A stretch of DNA of 64,000 nucleotides from Terriglobia bacterium. GTDB taxonomy: Bacteria; Acidobacteriota; Terriglobia; Terriglobales; Acidobacteriaceae. This document shows, one piece after another, positions 35,645 to 44,890 of this stretch (position 1 is the first letter of the stretch; each line of letters opens with the position of its first letter). A program made the position numbers and the translations under genes. The notes under the pieces were generated by a model. The model was given only the letters and a program-made list of their open reading frames with translations, searched no databases and was not told the origin of the DNA. The stretch is from assembly GCA_963797385.1 (NCBI GenBank), contig CAWCPY010000017.1:1335-65334 (forward strand). Direction: 5' to 3'.

Positions 35645-38374
35645 ATGGCTGACGATCAGAATCCCGAACTCCCCTTGACGCCTCCTCCCAACGGCGGAGA
35701 CGGCACCGGCATTCCCGGCGCGCTTAACATTCAACCCGTCAATATCGAAGAGGAGATGAAGAAGTCTTATCTCGACTATTCGATGTCGGTCATTATCGGG
35801 CGCGCGCTGCCCGACGTCCGCGACGGATTGAAGCCGGTGCATCGCCGCATTCTGTACACCATGCAGCAGATGGGCCTGGCGCCCAATAAGTCCACCCGCA
35901 AGTGCGCCCGCATCGTCGGCGACGTGATGGGCAAATACCATCCCCACGGCAACCTGGCTGTGTACGACGCCCTGGTGCGCCTGGCGCAGCCGTTTGCCAT
36001 GCGCTATCCGCTGGTGGATGGACAAGGCAACTTCGGCTCCGTCGACGGCGACCCGCCGGCCGCAGATCGTTACACCGAAGCCAAGCTTACTCGGGTTGCG
36101 ACAGCGCTGCTAGAAGATCTCGACAAAGATACCGTCGATATGCGCCCCAACTACGACGGCAACGAAATTGAGCCCGACGTGCTTCCCGCGCGCATCCCGA
36201 ACCTGCTGGTGAACGGATCAGACGGCATCGCGGTGGGCATGGCGACGAAAATTCCGCCCCACAACCTGACTGAAATTGTGGATGCCACCATCACCCTGGT
36301 GAACAATCCTACTGCGCAGCTCGCCGAAGTTCTGAAATTTGTGCAAGGCCCGGATTTCCCCACCGCCGGCATCATTCACGGCAAGGCGGGAATCGTAGAC
36401 GCCTACAAGAACGGCCGCGGACGCTTCATCATGCGGGCCAAGGCGGGCATCGAAACGTTCAACAAAGACCGCAAGGCCATCGTCATCACCGAAATTCCCT
36501 ACCAGGTCAACAAGGCGCGCCTGGTGGAGCGAATCGCGCAGTTGGTGAATGACAAGGTCGTCGATGCCATCTCCGACATTCGCGACGAAAGCGATCGCGA
36601 CGGCATGCGCATTGTGGTCGAGCTAAAGCGCGACGGCGAGCCCCAGCTCGTCCTCAACCAGCTGTTCAAGCACACCCAGATGCAGGAAAGCTTCAGCATG
36701 ATCCTGCTCGCCGTGGTCAACGGACAGCCCAAGGAAATGGGCCTGGTGCAGGCCATCAAGCACTTCATCGACCACCGGGTTGATGTGGTCCGCCGCCGCA
36801 CCGCCTTCCTGCTCTCGAAAGCCAAAGACCGCGAACATATTCTCGAAGGCTACCTGACCGCGCTCGATCACCTGGACAACGTGATCACCATCATTCGCGC
36901 CAGCGCCAACCGCGCCGAGGCCCGCGAGAACCTGGTCGCATACTTTGCCGGAAAGAAAATTGATATCAACGTCACCGGCCGCGCTCCCAAGCGCGATCCG
37001 GAAAAGCCCTTCACCGGCATTCAGGCCGACGCGATTCTCGAACTGCAGTTGCACCGCCTCACCAAGCTGTCGATCGACGAAATCACCAAAGAACTGACCG
37101 TCACCCGCGAGCACATCGCGGATTACGAATCCATCCTGAGTTCGGAGAAGAAACTCCGCGCCGTGATCGTGCGCGAACTCGAAGAAGTAAAGAAGCTCTA
37201 CGGCGACGACCGCCGCACGGTGATCGAAGACGAAGCCGCCGAAATCCATCTCGAAGACCTGATTGCCGACGAACAAGTCGCAGTCACGGTGAGCCACGGC
37301 GGCTACATGAAACGGACGCCAATCTCCACCTACCGCATGCAGCGCCGCGGAGGCACCGGCCGCACCGGCATGAAGACGCGCGACGAGGATTTCGTCGAAC
37401 ACCTCTTCATCGCCTCCACCCACGCCTACATTCTCATCTTCACCAACACCGGGCGTGTTTACTGGCTGAAGGTTTACGAGATTCCTGACATCAGCGCCGC
37501 CGGCAAAGGCAAACACGTCGGCAACCTGGTCGGCCTGCAACCGGGAGAGACGGTCCGCACCATGCTGGCCGTTCGTAACCTCGAAGAAGCGGGCAAGTAC
37601 ATCTTCTTCTCCACCCGCAACGGATTGGTAAAAAAGACCGAGCTCAAGGATTTCTGCCACGTGCGCTCGAACGGCATCTACGCCATCAGCATCGAGCAGG
37701 GCGACGAACTGGTCGCCGCCCGCCTCACCGACGGCCAGCAGATCATCTTCCTGGCCACCCACGAAGGCCAAGCCATCCGCTTCGACGAAGCCGCCGTCCG
37801 CCCCATGGGCCGCCAGGCCTACGGCGTCTGGGGCATCCGCATGGAAAAGGGCGACTACCTGGTGGGCATGGCGACAACGCCAAAGCCAGGCGCTGATGTG
37901 GGCGCGGGCATCCCGCCCGTGCAAGGCAAGGACAATCACAAAGACAAAGACAAAGCCAAGACTGGTGGGGCCAGCGTGGTTGCGGGCGACTCGCCCGCGG
38001 ACGCCACCGCCGAGGTCGTCGACGTCGGCAAAAGAGGCACCCTGATCCTCTCCGTCACCGAAAACGGCTACGGCAAACGTACCCCCGCCGACGAATACCG
38101 TCTGCAGGGACGCGGCGGCTCGGGCGTCATCAACGTCAAAACCACCGCCCGCAACGGCAAGGTGGTAGGCATCGCGCAGGTGGAAGAACACTCCGAGGTC
38201 ATGCTGATCAGCCAATACGGCAAAATCATCCGCATGGACTCAGAAACCATCCGCGAATCCGGCCGCGCCGCCCAGGGTGTCCGCCTGCTGAACCTGGAAC
38301 CGGGAGATCGGGTGGCGGCGTCGGTGGTCATCCCGCCGGAGGAAGAGCCGGCGAATGGGACGCTGATTCAGTAA
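35645..38374 (+). CDS. gyrA: DNA gyrase subunit A, with a repeat-derived insertion in the C-terminal domain
   Basis: GKYHPHGNLAVYDA, active-site region AADRYTEAKL, and C-terminal beta-pinwheel repeats (ENGYGKRT, QGRGGSGV). Confidence 0.95.
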   Translation: MADDQNPELPLTPPPNGGDGTGIPGALNIQPVNIEEEMKKSYLDYSMSVIIGRALPDVRDGLKPVHRRILYTMQQMGLAPNKSTRKCARIVGDVMGKYHPHGNLAVYDALVRLAQPFAMRYPLVDGQGNFGSVDGDPPAADRYTEAKLTRVATALLEDLDKDTVDMRPNYDGNEIEPDVLPARIPNLLVNGSDGIAVGMATKIPPHNLTEIVDATITLVNNPTAQLAEVLKFVQGPDFPTAGIIHGKAGIVDAYKNGRGRFIMRAKAGIETFNKDRKAIVITEIPYQVNKARLVERIAQLVNDKVVDAISDIRDESDRDGMRIVVELKRDGEPQLVLNQLFKHTQMQESFSMILLAVVNGQPKEMGLVQAIKHFIDHRVDVVRRRTAFLLSKAKDREHILEGYLTALDHLDNVITIIRASANRAEARENLVAYFAGKKIDINVTGRAPKRDPEKPFTGIQADAILELQLHRLTKLSIDEITKELTVTREHIADYESILSSEKKLRAVIVRELEEVKKLYGDDRRTVIEDEAAEIHLEDLIADEQVAVTVSHGGYMKRTPISTYRMQRRGGTGRTGMKTRDEDFVEHLFIASTHAYILIFTNTGRVYWLKVYEIPDISAAGKGKHVGNLVGLQPGETVRTMLAVRNLEEAGKYIFFSTRNGLVKKTELKDFCHVRSNGIYAISIEQGDELVAARLTDGQQIIFLATHEGQAIRFDEAAVRPMGRQAYGVWGIRMEKGDYLVGMATTPKPGADVGAGIPPVQGKDNHKDKDKAKTGGASVVAGDSPADATAEVVDVGKRGTLILSVTENGYGKRTPADEYRLQGRGGSGVINVKTTARNGKVVGIAQVEEHSEVMLISQYGKIIRMDSETIRESGRAAQGVRLLNLEPGDRVAASVVIPPEEEPANGTLIQ
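37898..38000. repeat. REP/MITE-like sequence in-frame inside gyrA
   Basis: GTGGGCGCGGGCATCCCGCCCGTGCAAGG closely matches the intergenic GTAGGCGCGGGCGCCCCCGCCCGTGCAAGG at 25136. The right end carries the hairpin GCGGGCGACTCGCCCGC. Confidence 0.65.
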
Positions 38375-38508
38375 GGCGGTTGAGCCAGTCTGAACTGCAA
38401 AGACCCCAACGTTCCATGTCGACGACACAGCCTGATTAAACAGCGATGTTCCTCCCCATTCAGGCAATGACACGTCGTCCGGCATGTTCTATGCTTGGAG
38501 TGGGACAC

Positions 38509-39192
38509 ATGAGCATGAAACCAGCACCTAACATCGCAATGGAGATTCCGATCTACGGCTTGTCGGAAGCCGCCCAATATCTGAGAGTGCCGCTCAACAC
38601 TCTGCGCTATTGGGTGCGGGGGGCAGGTTCCGTACCTCCGCTCGTCAGGCTGGCAAAGAGCGAGCCCTCTCGATTGTCGTTCATGAACTTGCTGGAGTGT
38701 CACATGCTCAGCAGTATGCGGGCCATTTACGAAGTGAAGATCCCCAGAGTTCGCAAGGCACTGGTCAGTCTCGCGAAGTATGTCGAGCACAAACATCCCC
38801 TCGTGGAGCAAGCATTCCAAACCGACCACCGTGACTTGTTCATCGAGCATCTAGGAAGCGTCGTGAATTTGTCGAAGGACCGGCAGATACTGATTCCCGG
38901 GGTGATGGAATTTTATCTTGAGCGCATTGAGCGCGATCCCAAAGGGCTCTTCAAGTTTTACCCGTTTGTCATGGAGCGAAACCAAAACGAGCCCAAGCTA
39001 ATTCTGATCAATCCTGCCGTGGGATTTGGGAAGCCCGTGATTGCAGGCACTGGCATCTCGACTGCGGTAGTCGCTTCCAGGTTCAATGCCCGGGAATCCA
39101 TAGACGACCTTGCCACCGAATATGGCGTCAAGCCGCGGCAGATCGAAGAAGCAATCCGCTGGGAGCAGAAGACGGCAGCCGTCGCTGCCTGA
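38509..39192 (+). CDS. VapB45-like antitoxin (N-terminal HTH + C-terminal DUF433)
   Basis: HTH-like LSEAAQYLRVPLNTLRYWV. The C-terminal NPAVGFGKPVIAGTGISTAVVASRFNARESIDDLATEYGV resembles DUF433. ATG 38509 is preceded by GGAG. ORF-track start is 38446. Confidence 0.6.
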   Translation: MSMKPAPNIAMEIPIYGLSEAAQYLRVPLNTLRYWVRGAGSVPPLVRLAKSEPSRLSFMNLLECHMLSSMRAIYEVKIPRVRKALVSLAKYVEHKHPLVEQAFQTDHRDLFIEHLGSVVNLSKDRQILIPGVMEFYLERIERDPKGLFKFYPFVMERNQNEPKLILINPAVGFGKPVIAGTGISTAVVASRFNARESIDDLATEYGVKPRQIEEAIRWEQKTAAVAA

Positions 39193-39580
39193 AGACTTCG
39201 TTCTGTATCTCGACGAAAATCTTCACAACTGCAAACCCATTCTCGACGCGCTCGCCCAACATGGCGTGAAGCACGAGCGTCACGGCCAACACTTCAGGCC
39301 CGGTGCGGAAGACACTACTTGGCTGCCCTTCGTGGGTCAGAAGGGTTGGTTGCTGGTGACCAAAGACAAGAAGATTCGATACAACGAACTGGAGAAAACA
39401 GCAGTCCTGCAACACCGAGTACGGGAATTCTATTTCTCATCGGGAAATTACAGTGGCGCGGAGATGGCAGAGATGTTGATCGTTGCTCTACCCGGAATGG
39501 CTCGAATCTGCCGAAAGCATAACCCGCCTTTTATTGCTAGTATTACCAAGGCAGGAGATGTGAATCTCCGTTTTCCCTAG
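39122..39580 (+). CDS. PIN-like toxin (DUF5615 / VapC45-like)
   Basis: FVLYLDENLHNCKPILDALAQHGVKHE...WLLVTKDKK resembles the Mut7-C/DUF5615 PIN-like fold. It overlaps the antitoxin gene by about 70 nt. The start is uncertain (TTG 39110 or ATG 39122). Confidence 0.55.
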   Translation: MASSRGRSKKQSAGSRRRQPSLPEDFVLYLDENLHNCKPILDALAQHGVKHERHGQHFRPGAEDTTWLPFVGQKGWLLVTKDKKIRYNELEKTAVLQHRVREFYFSSGNYSGAEMAEMLIVALPGMARICRKHNPPFIASITKAGDVNLRFP

Positions 39581-39587
39581 CGCCGGG

Positions 39588-41717
39588 TTACTTGTTGCTG
39601 GCAGCCGCCACGGCCCAGGCCTTCCCATCAAAGTAAGAAGGCAGTTCCAACCCAAACAATCTCATCACCGTAGGCGCGACATCCACGATCGCAGGCTTCT
39701 CAATCGCAATCTTGCGATTCGAAAACAGCACGCCCGGCACCAGCCGCGGGTCAACGCAGTGATCGCCGCTCCAGGCTTTTAGGTTGTCCTCGAAGATTGC
39801 GGTGGTCACTTTGCCCATGACCGAATCCCATGACGCGCGAAAGCCTTCGCCGTAGCCGACGATCAGGTCGGGAGCATTATCTATATATGGCCCGGCGTAA
39901 ACTGCGTCGCAGTCGAACATGCCGGTGATGCCGACTTTCCCCGATGCCGGATCAACCAGTCCGTCGAGCTTGCCGCGCAGCTCTTCTTTTAGGGCCTCCG
40001 CTTCCGCCCCGGCTTCTACGATTCCTTCGCGCTCTCGGCCTTTGATGTTCATATAGAGCCCGTTCAGGCCCATGGTGTAGGCACGGGTGCGCGACCAGTC
40101 CACGTCTTCGAACCAGTCTCCGCTTTCGGTTTTGCCGTCTTTCAAAGCCAGGTAGCCTTTCTGATGCAGCCAGGCATTCAGATTCATGCAGCGATTGAAT
40201 GATCGGAAGCCGTGATCGGAGATCACCAGCAGCAGGGTCTGATCGTCGATCTGCCGCATGACCCGCCCGACCAGGGTGTCCATGCGGTCGTAGAGGTCCT
40301 GAATCACGCGCGGCTTCTGGTCTTGCGGCACATCTCGTGCCGCGGGATGATCTTTATCGAGATAGCGCCAGAACATGTGCTGTACGCGATCTGTGGTGTC
40401 GAAGACGCAGGCGCACAGGCCCTGCGGAGTCTTTTCCAGCGCGTCGAAGAACATGCGCTCGCGGTCTTCGTGATTGCCGTAGCACTGGGCCAGAAACGCA
40501 TCGTCGTCGAGCACTTCTTCGTTGAGCGCCCAGGTATCTTCCGCCAGACCTAAGGTCGCGTAGGGACCGAACAGCTTCGCCAGGTAGATCGAATAGGTCA
40601 CGGGATGAGAAATGGGCAGGTCGGGGTGTCCGGGATCGATATTCACCGGCGTGACATAGACCTCAACCTCGGGCGAGATTTCCTTCAGGTAGAAGCGGCA
40701 GATGCCGCGAGCCGTGAATCCCATGCCCGCCTTGAACTTCACCGGAACCCATTCAGAGTACTCGCCCACTTTGACAGTGAACGTTTCCGAATCAATTTCA
40801 AACCGCGCTTGGCCGCGTTTTGTGTCGGGACGCAACTTGAAGTCGGCACGCAACTCGCTGCCTGTCCCCAACGGGTTCTCCGGGCCAGGAATGTAGGAAT
40901 GAAATCCCGCGCCATCGCGCTCGACGGGAATGCGCACGCCGCCCTCGCGAAACTTGTCGCTGCTTGCCCGTGTGGTGCAAAAGCAAAATGTCCCCTGGCT
41001 TCCCTTGAGATCGGGCACGCACATGCCGGAAAGCAGCACGCCGGGAAACTTCTCCGGAGGAAAAGTTACCGGAACGCGAATGACGGAGCAGAATACTCCT
41101 GCCTTGCCAAGCCAATGCCAGAACGGCGTTCCCTTGCGCAGGCCCTTGACCTCGGACTTTCCCAGTGGAAGCGAATATTTACCAATCTTCAGGTGTCTTT
41201 TGGGCTCGCTGATCTGCGCCGATGAAAGATACGGAAGATAGTTCTTCAGGTCGCGGGCCAGAAAATCATAGATATTGTGCTTGCCCGGATTGACTCCGGT
41301 CTGAAATGTTGACCAGGCCACTGGAGAGATCGCGGGGAAAGTGGTTCGCAGCGGACGAAAGGTCCCGCTGTCACGAAGCTTGGCCAGGTTCGGCAGCTTG
41401 CCTTCGCTCATGAAGCGATTGGCCAGTTCGGGATCCATGCCGTCGAATCCGACAATCACTACGCGCTTCACTTGCGCTTTGCCGTACGCTCTGCGCCGCC
41501 GGAACATTCGCAGGAGTTGACGAATGGGCCAAGTCATTAGCGCATAGAAGGAGTAAAGAAAGGCGACGAAGATGGTCCAGAACGAAGACAGGACGGCGAA
41601 TCCCGCGCCCGGACCTGCATACGCCTCACTGCGCTGGGGGAACAGCAGCACCAGCATGATGATCAGAAGCAAAGCCGGAAGCAGGCGCTGGTTCGGTCGC
41701 GATTGAAGCCGCTTCAT
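39588..41717 (-). CDS. membrane-anchored alkaline phosphatase superfamily protein (type I phosphodiesterase/nucleotide pyrophosphatase-like)
   Basis: Two N-terminal TMs, then VVIVGFDGMDPELANRFMSEGKLPNLAKL, SPVAWSTFQTG, LLLVISDHGF and WSGDHC motifs. Confidence 0.75.
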   Translation of the reverse strand: MKRLQSRPNQRLLPALLLIIMLVLLFPQRSEAYAGPGAGFAVLSSFWTIFVAFLYSFYALMTWPIRQLLRMFRRRRAYGKAQVKRVVIVGFDGMDPELANRFMSEGKLPNLAKLRDSGTFRPLRTTFPAISPVAWSTFQTGVNPGKHNIYDFLARDLKNYLPYLSSAQISEPKRHLKIGKYSLPLGKSEVKGLRKGTPFWHWLGKAGVFCSVIRVPVTFPPEKFPGVLLSGMCVPDLKGSQGTFCFCTTRASSDKFREGGVRIPVERDGAGFHSYIPGPENPLGTGSELRADFKLRPDTKRGQARFEIDSETFTVKVGEYSEWVPVKFKAGMGFTARGICRFYLKEISPEVEVYVTPVNIDPGHPDLPISHPVTYSIYLAKLFGPYATLGLAEDTWALNEEVLDDDAFLAQCYGNHEDRERMFFDALEKTPQGLCACVFDTTDRVQHMFWRYLDKDHPAARDVPQDQKPRVIQDLYDRMDTLVGRVMRQIDDQTLLLVISDHGFRSFNRCMNLNAWLHQKGYLALKDGKTESGDWFEDVDWSRTRAYTMGLNGLYMNIKGREREGIVEAGAEAEALKEELRGKLDGLVDPASGKVGITGMFDCDAVYAGPYIDNAPDLIVGYGEGFRASWDSVMGKVTTAIFEDNLKAWSGDHCVDPRLVPGVLFSNRKIAIEKPAIVDVAPTVMRLFGLELPSYFDGKAWAVAAASNK

Positions 41718-42538
41718 ACTTGAATTCCCAACGCGCTCTTAAAAATGAAACCTGCGATGAGCGAGACCACAAAAAACAGGACAATCCAGTTCCACTCCGT
41801 CCAGGCGAAGCTGATCTCGCGTGGAGAATAATTTATGGCGATCGATTGCACAGGACTATTATCCGCCAAAGCCGGCTCCCCCGAGGTAAAGATGCGCTCC
41901 CAGAAATGGTCTTTCAATCGAACCGGCGAAACCCGCGCCAGGCCCGTCGCCACGACTACCTGTTTCGAAACCGTCTGCCCGGCGGCTGTAATCTCGATGT
42001 CGTAATGTCCAGCGCGCCCGGCCAGCACGCGCCACACCGCTTCCTTTTCTGTCGGAATATGCACCGCTGGAGCGGAACTCGAGAGTTCGGAAGGCAATTG
42101 CAGTGACACTTCATTGAGCGCGGCTGGATCTTCGACTCGCGCTTCCACCAGAAAGGTCTGTGCCGGCTGCAGCGGCATCCAGCCGAAATAGCGATCTAAT
42201 TGAACGATCATGAAAGTGATGGGCAGAATCGCAATCAGGAACGGCGTGAAGGCTAGCCGCAGGTAGCTGCCCGTCCCGCGCAGGATCTTTCCATAGGCGC
42301 GCATCACCACCGGCAGTTGGTCCTGAAACAGGCGGACAGCCAGCAGGTGAGCCTTCAGGCGGTCTTTGGCGCGACCGATCGCTTTTTGATCCGAAGCGTA
42401 GCGAAACACGATCACCATCAGAAATCCAATCACGATGGAAATCGCAAGCACCCATAAAAGTGGACTGTTGGCCGCGAAATCGAAGAACGCAAACCCGGTC
42501 GGGATGGAGCCTGATGCCATTAAAGTTTGCGAGGACAA
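41714..42538 (-). CDS. hypothetical membrane protein, coupled to the phosphodiesterase gene
   Basis: 274-aa ORF with 3-4 TM segments. 4-nt overlap with the downstream gene start (41714-41717). Confidence 0.55.
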   Translation of the reverse strand: MSSQTLMASGSIPTGFAFFDFAANSPLLWVLAISIVIGFLMVIVFRYASDQKAIGRAKDRLKAHLLAVRLFQDQLPVVMRAYGKILRGTGSYLRLAFTPFLIAILPITFMIVQLDRYFGWMPLQPAQTFLVEARVEDPAALNEVSLQLPSELSSSAPAVHIPTEKEAVWRVLAGRAGHYDIEITAAGQTVSKQVVVATGLARVSPVRLKDHFWERIFTSGEPALADNSPVQSIAINYSPREISFAWTEWNWIVLFFVVSLIAGFIFKSALGIQV

Positions 42539-42550
42539 ATCACGACACGG

Positions 42551-42757
42551 CTACTCGATATAGCCCAAACCCTGCAGCCGTTTGGTCACTTTCTCTTTGG
42601 ATTCGGCACCGCCCCCCTGGTCAGGCGACAGGCGTTTCACTTCCTTCTCGATCGTGTGCAGCACGAACTCATCGACCGACGCATAACCCGAAGCGTCCGC
42701 ACACTGTTTCGCCTTTTCCAGCAACTCGCCTTCAATCTTGATCTTCTGCGAGGACAT
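42551..42757 (-). CDS. small hypothetical protein (68 aa, possibly ribbon-helix-helix-like)
   Basis: IKIEGELLEKAKQCADASGYASVDEFVLHTIEKEV resembles CopG/RHH-type N-termini. This is weak evidence. Confidence 0.4.
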   Translation of the reverse strand: MSSQKIKIEGELLEKAKQCADASGYASVDEFVLHTIEKEVKRLSPDQGGGAESKEKVTKRLQGLGYIE

Positions 42758-42793
42758 TGGTCCGCCTCCTTGTGCTCCGCCTTTTGACGCGCG

Positions 42794-44780
42794 TCAGTGC
42801 TTCGATGAAAGAACTGAATGTCCCATCATACTGCCCGGCTGAGGAATTCCAAATTGCGCGAAGATGGTGGGCGCAATGTCCGTCAGCGCCGGATTGGCCG
42901 CGTCAATCGATCGGTTGCTCAGTAACACGCCCGGAACCAGCGTGTAGTCCATGCAATGGTCGCCGCTCCATGGGTTCGTGTTGTTCTCGAAGACGTCCGC
43001 AGGAAAATTCCCCAGAATGCGTTTGCCATCCCGCGCGATAGCCGCGGTTGTAGCCCACCAGCAAATCTGGCCCCTGCGCCGCGTACGGTCCCTGGTAAAC
43101 CTCGCTGGCCCGGTCCACCCGCGTGATTGCTGCCTGATTGTTCTGAGGGTCGCGCACGGCCAGCAGTTTTTCCTTGATTTCGTTGAGCAGCGCATCCGCA
43201 ACCGCGCCCGGCTCGACAATCCCCTCGCGCTCGCGTCCCTTCAGATTCAGATAGAGGCCATTCAACCCCAGCCCATAGGCGCGAGTGTGGCTCCAGTCCA
43301 CGTTGGCGAAGGCCTGGTCCTGATCGGGATTGGGTTCACTCTTCAACGTGATGTACCCATGGTTCAGCAGCCACGTGTTCAGATTGAAGGACCGATCGTA
43401 GGGAGCGAAGCCGTGGTCGGAGAGCACCAGCAGAGTTGTGCGATCGTCCATGCGCTGCAGGACTTCGCCCAGCACCTGATCAATCTGCTGATAAAACTCG
43501 GGCAATGCCGACCCGTACTGTGCGGCCAACTCAGCGTCGTATTCCGGATGCTGCGGATCGATCAGTCGCCAGAACATGTGCGAATTCAGATCAAGGCTGG
43601 AGAAATAAAAAAAGAAAACGCCGGAGTGAAACTTGGGAAACTCGGCGTCGAAAATCTGGCGATGCTCCGCCAGGACCGTTTTCGCCTGCTCCAGATATTC
43701 CTTATCGTCGAGCACGCCCGCCGACAGGGCTTTCGTATCTTCGGCAATACCCTGGGTGTAGAACTCGCCCACCTCTTCCGAAAGCTTCGCGGGAATAACT
43801 CCTGGGAGTGGAGAGCGGCAGCGCGGGATCGGCGGGATCAATGTTGATGGGCGAGACGTACAGCTCGAAGCGCGGATGCGCCTGCTTCAGATAGAAGCGG
43901 CAGATTCCTTTCACGTTGCCGATGAATGGAATCAGTTGGAACTGAATGTGGACCCAATCGCTCCATTCCCCTTCGCGCAGTACGAATGTCTGGTCCTGCA
44001 CCGAGAATTTTGCCGCAGCCTCCAGAGGATCGACGGAAACGGTGAAGGGTTCGAGTGTGGGCGGCGATCCTTTGCGAAACGTGTTGTCTGGTCCGATCAA
44101 CTTTGCTTTCACCTGTGAATCTTCCACCTGGACGGGAATAATCTGTCCGCCTTCCACCGCGCCCGCAGCGGTCATGGGGTCGTCGGTGTAAAAGGAAAAT
44201 GTTCCGTAGCTGCCACGCAAATCCGGCGTGCCCATGCCGGACAAGGTGTATCCCCTGGCTTTGACCGGAGGGAAATTCGAAGGCATGAGGATGACCGTGT
44301 TGGGCACGCTCGTAATCGTCCAGCGTTTCCCAGAATGCCTTGCCCTGGCGAAGTTGCTCGGCGGTTCCGCCTCCGATCGGGATCACCCAGTTGCCCAGGT
44401 GAATGCCATGCTTCGGCGGTTCCACGCGCGAAGCCGAAAAATAAGGTTGCAGTGTCTTGGGGTCGCGATGGATGAAATCAAAAATGCCGTGCCCGCCAGC
44501 GTTCATTCCGGTAATCAGGTTCGACCATGCGACCGGACTCTGCGGCGGAATGCTGGTGGTGAGCAGGCGGAACGATCCCCTTTGCGGCCAGCGCCGAAAA
44601 ATTCGGCATCTTGCCTTCGGCCATGTACTTTTTCAGCAGTTGCGGGTCCATCCCGTCGATGCCCAGAATGATGAGCTTCTGATCCCCGTGCCATTTCCGG
44701 GGCTGGCAGGAAGGCAGGAGGCCAGCCGTTGCGCACACCAGCAGGAAGAGGCCCAGGCTCCGGATTCGTAGAAAGCGCAA
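42794..44780 (-). pseudogene. second alkaline phosphatase/phosphodiesterase paralogue, broken by four single-base insertions
   Basis: Five consecutive ORFs in shifting frames (44478-44780, 43838-44506, 43702-44307, 42903-43841, 42794-43219) align end to end with the intact 709-aa paralogue at 39588-41717. The junctions lie at about 44577-44580, 44308, 43813-43815 and 43030. Confidence 0.8.
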
Positions 44781-44890
44781 GGTAAGGTGTGATCCTCGCT
44801 ACCCATGATAGTCGATGTCAGGCGGCCGTGTGGCGCGGGCGCCCTCGCCCGCGTGCGTCGGGCCCGCGATCCTGCGGTAAACTTCACAGT

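Noticed and set aside
39110-39192. Antitoxin and PIN-like toxin as a single fused gene disrupted by a frameshift.
   Set aside because: The antitoxin ends with a complete DUF433-like C-terminus. Separate overlapping genes are the normal organisation for such toxin-antitoxin pairs. No homology spans the junction.
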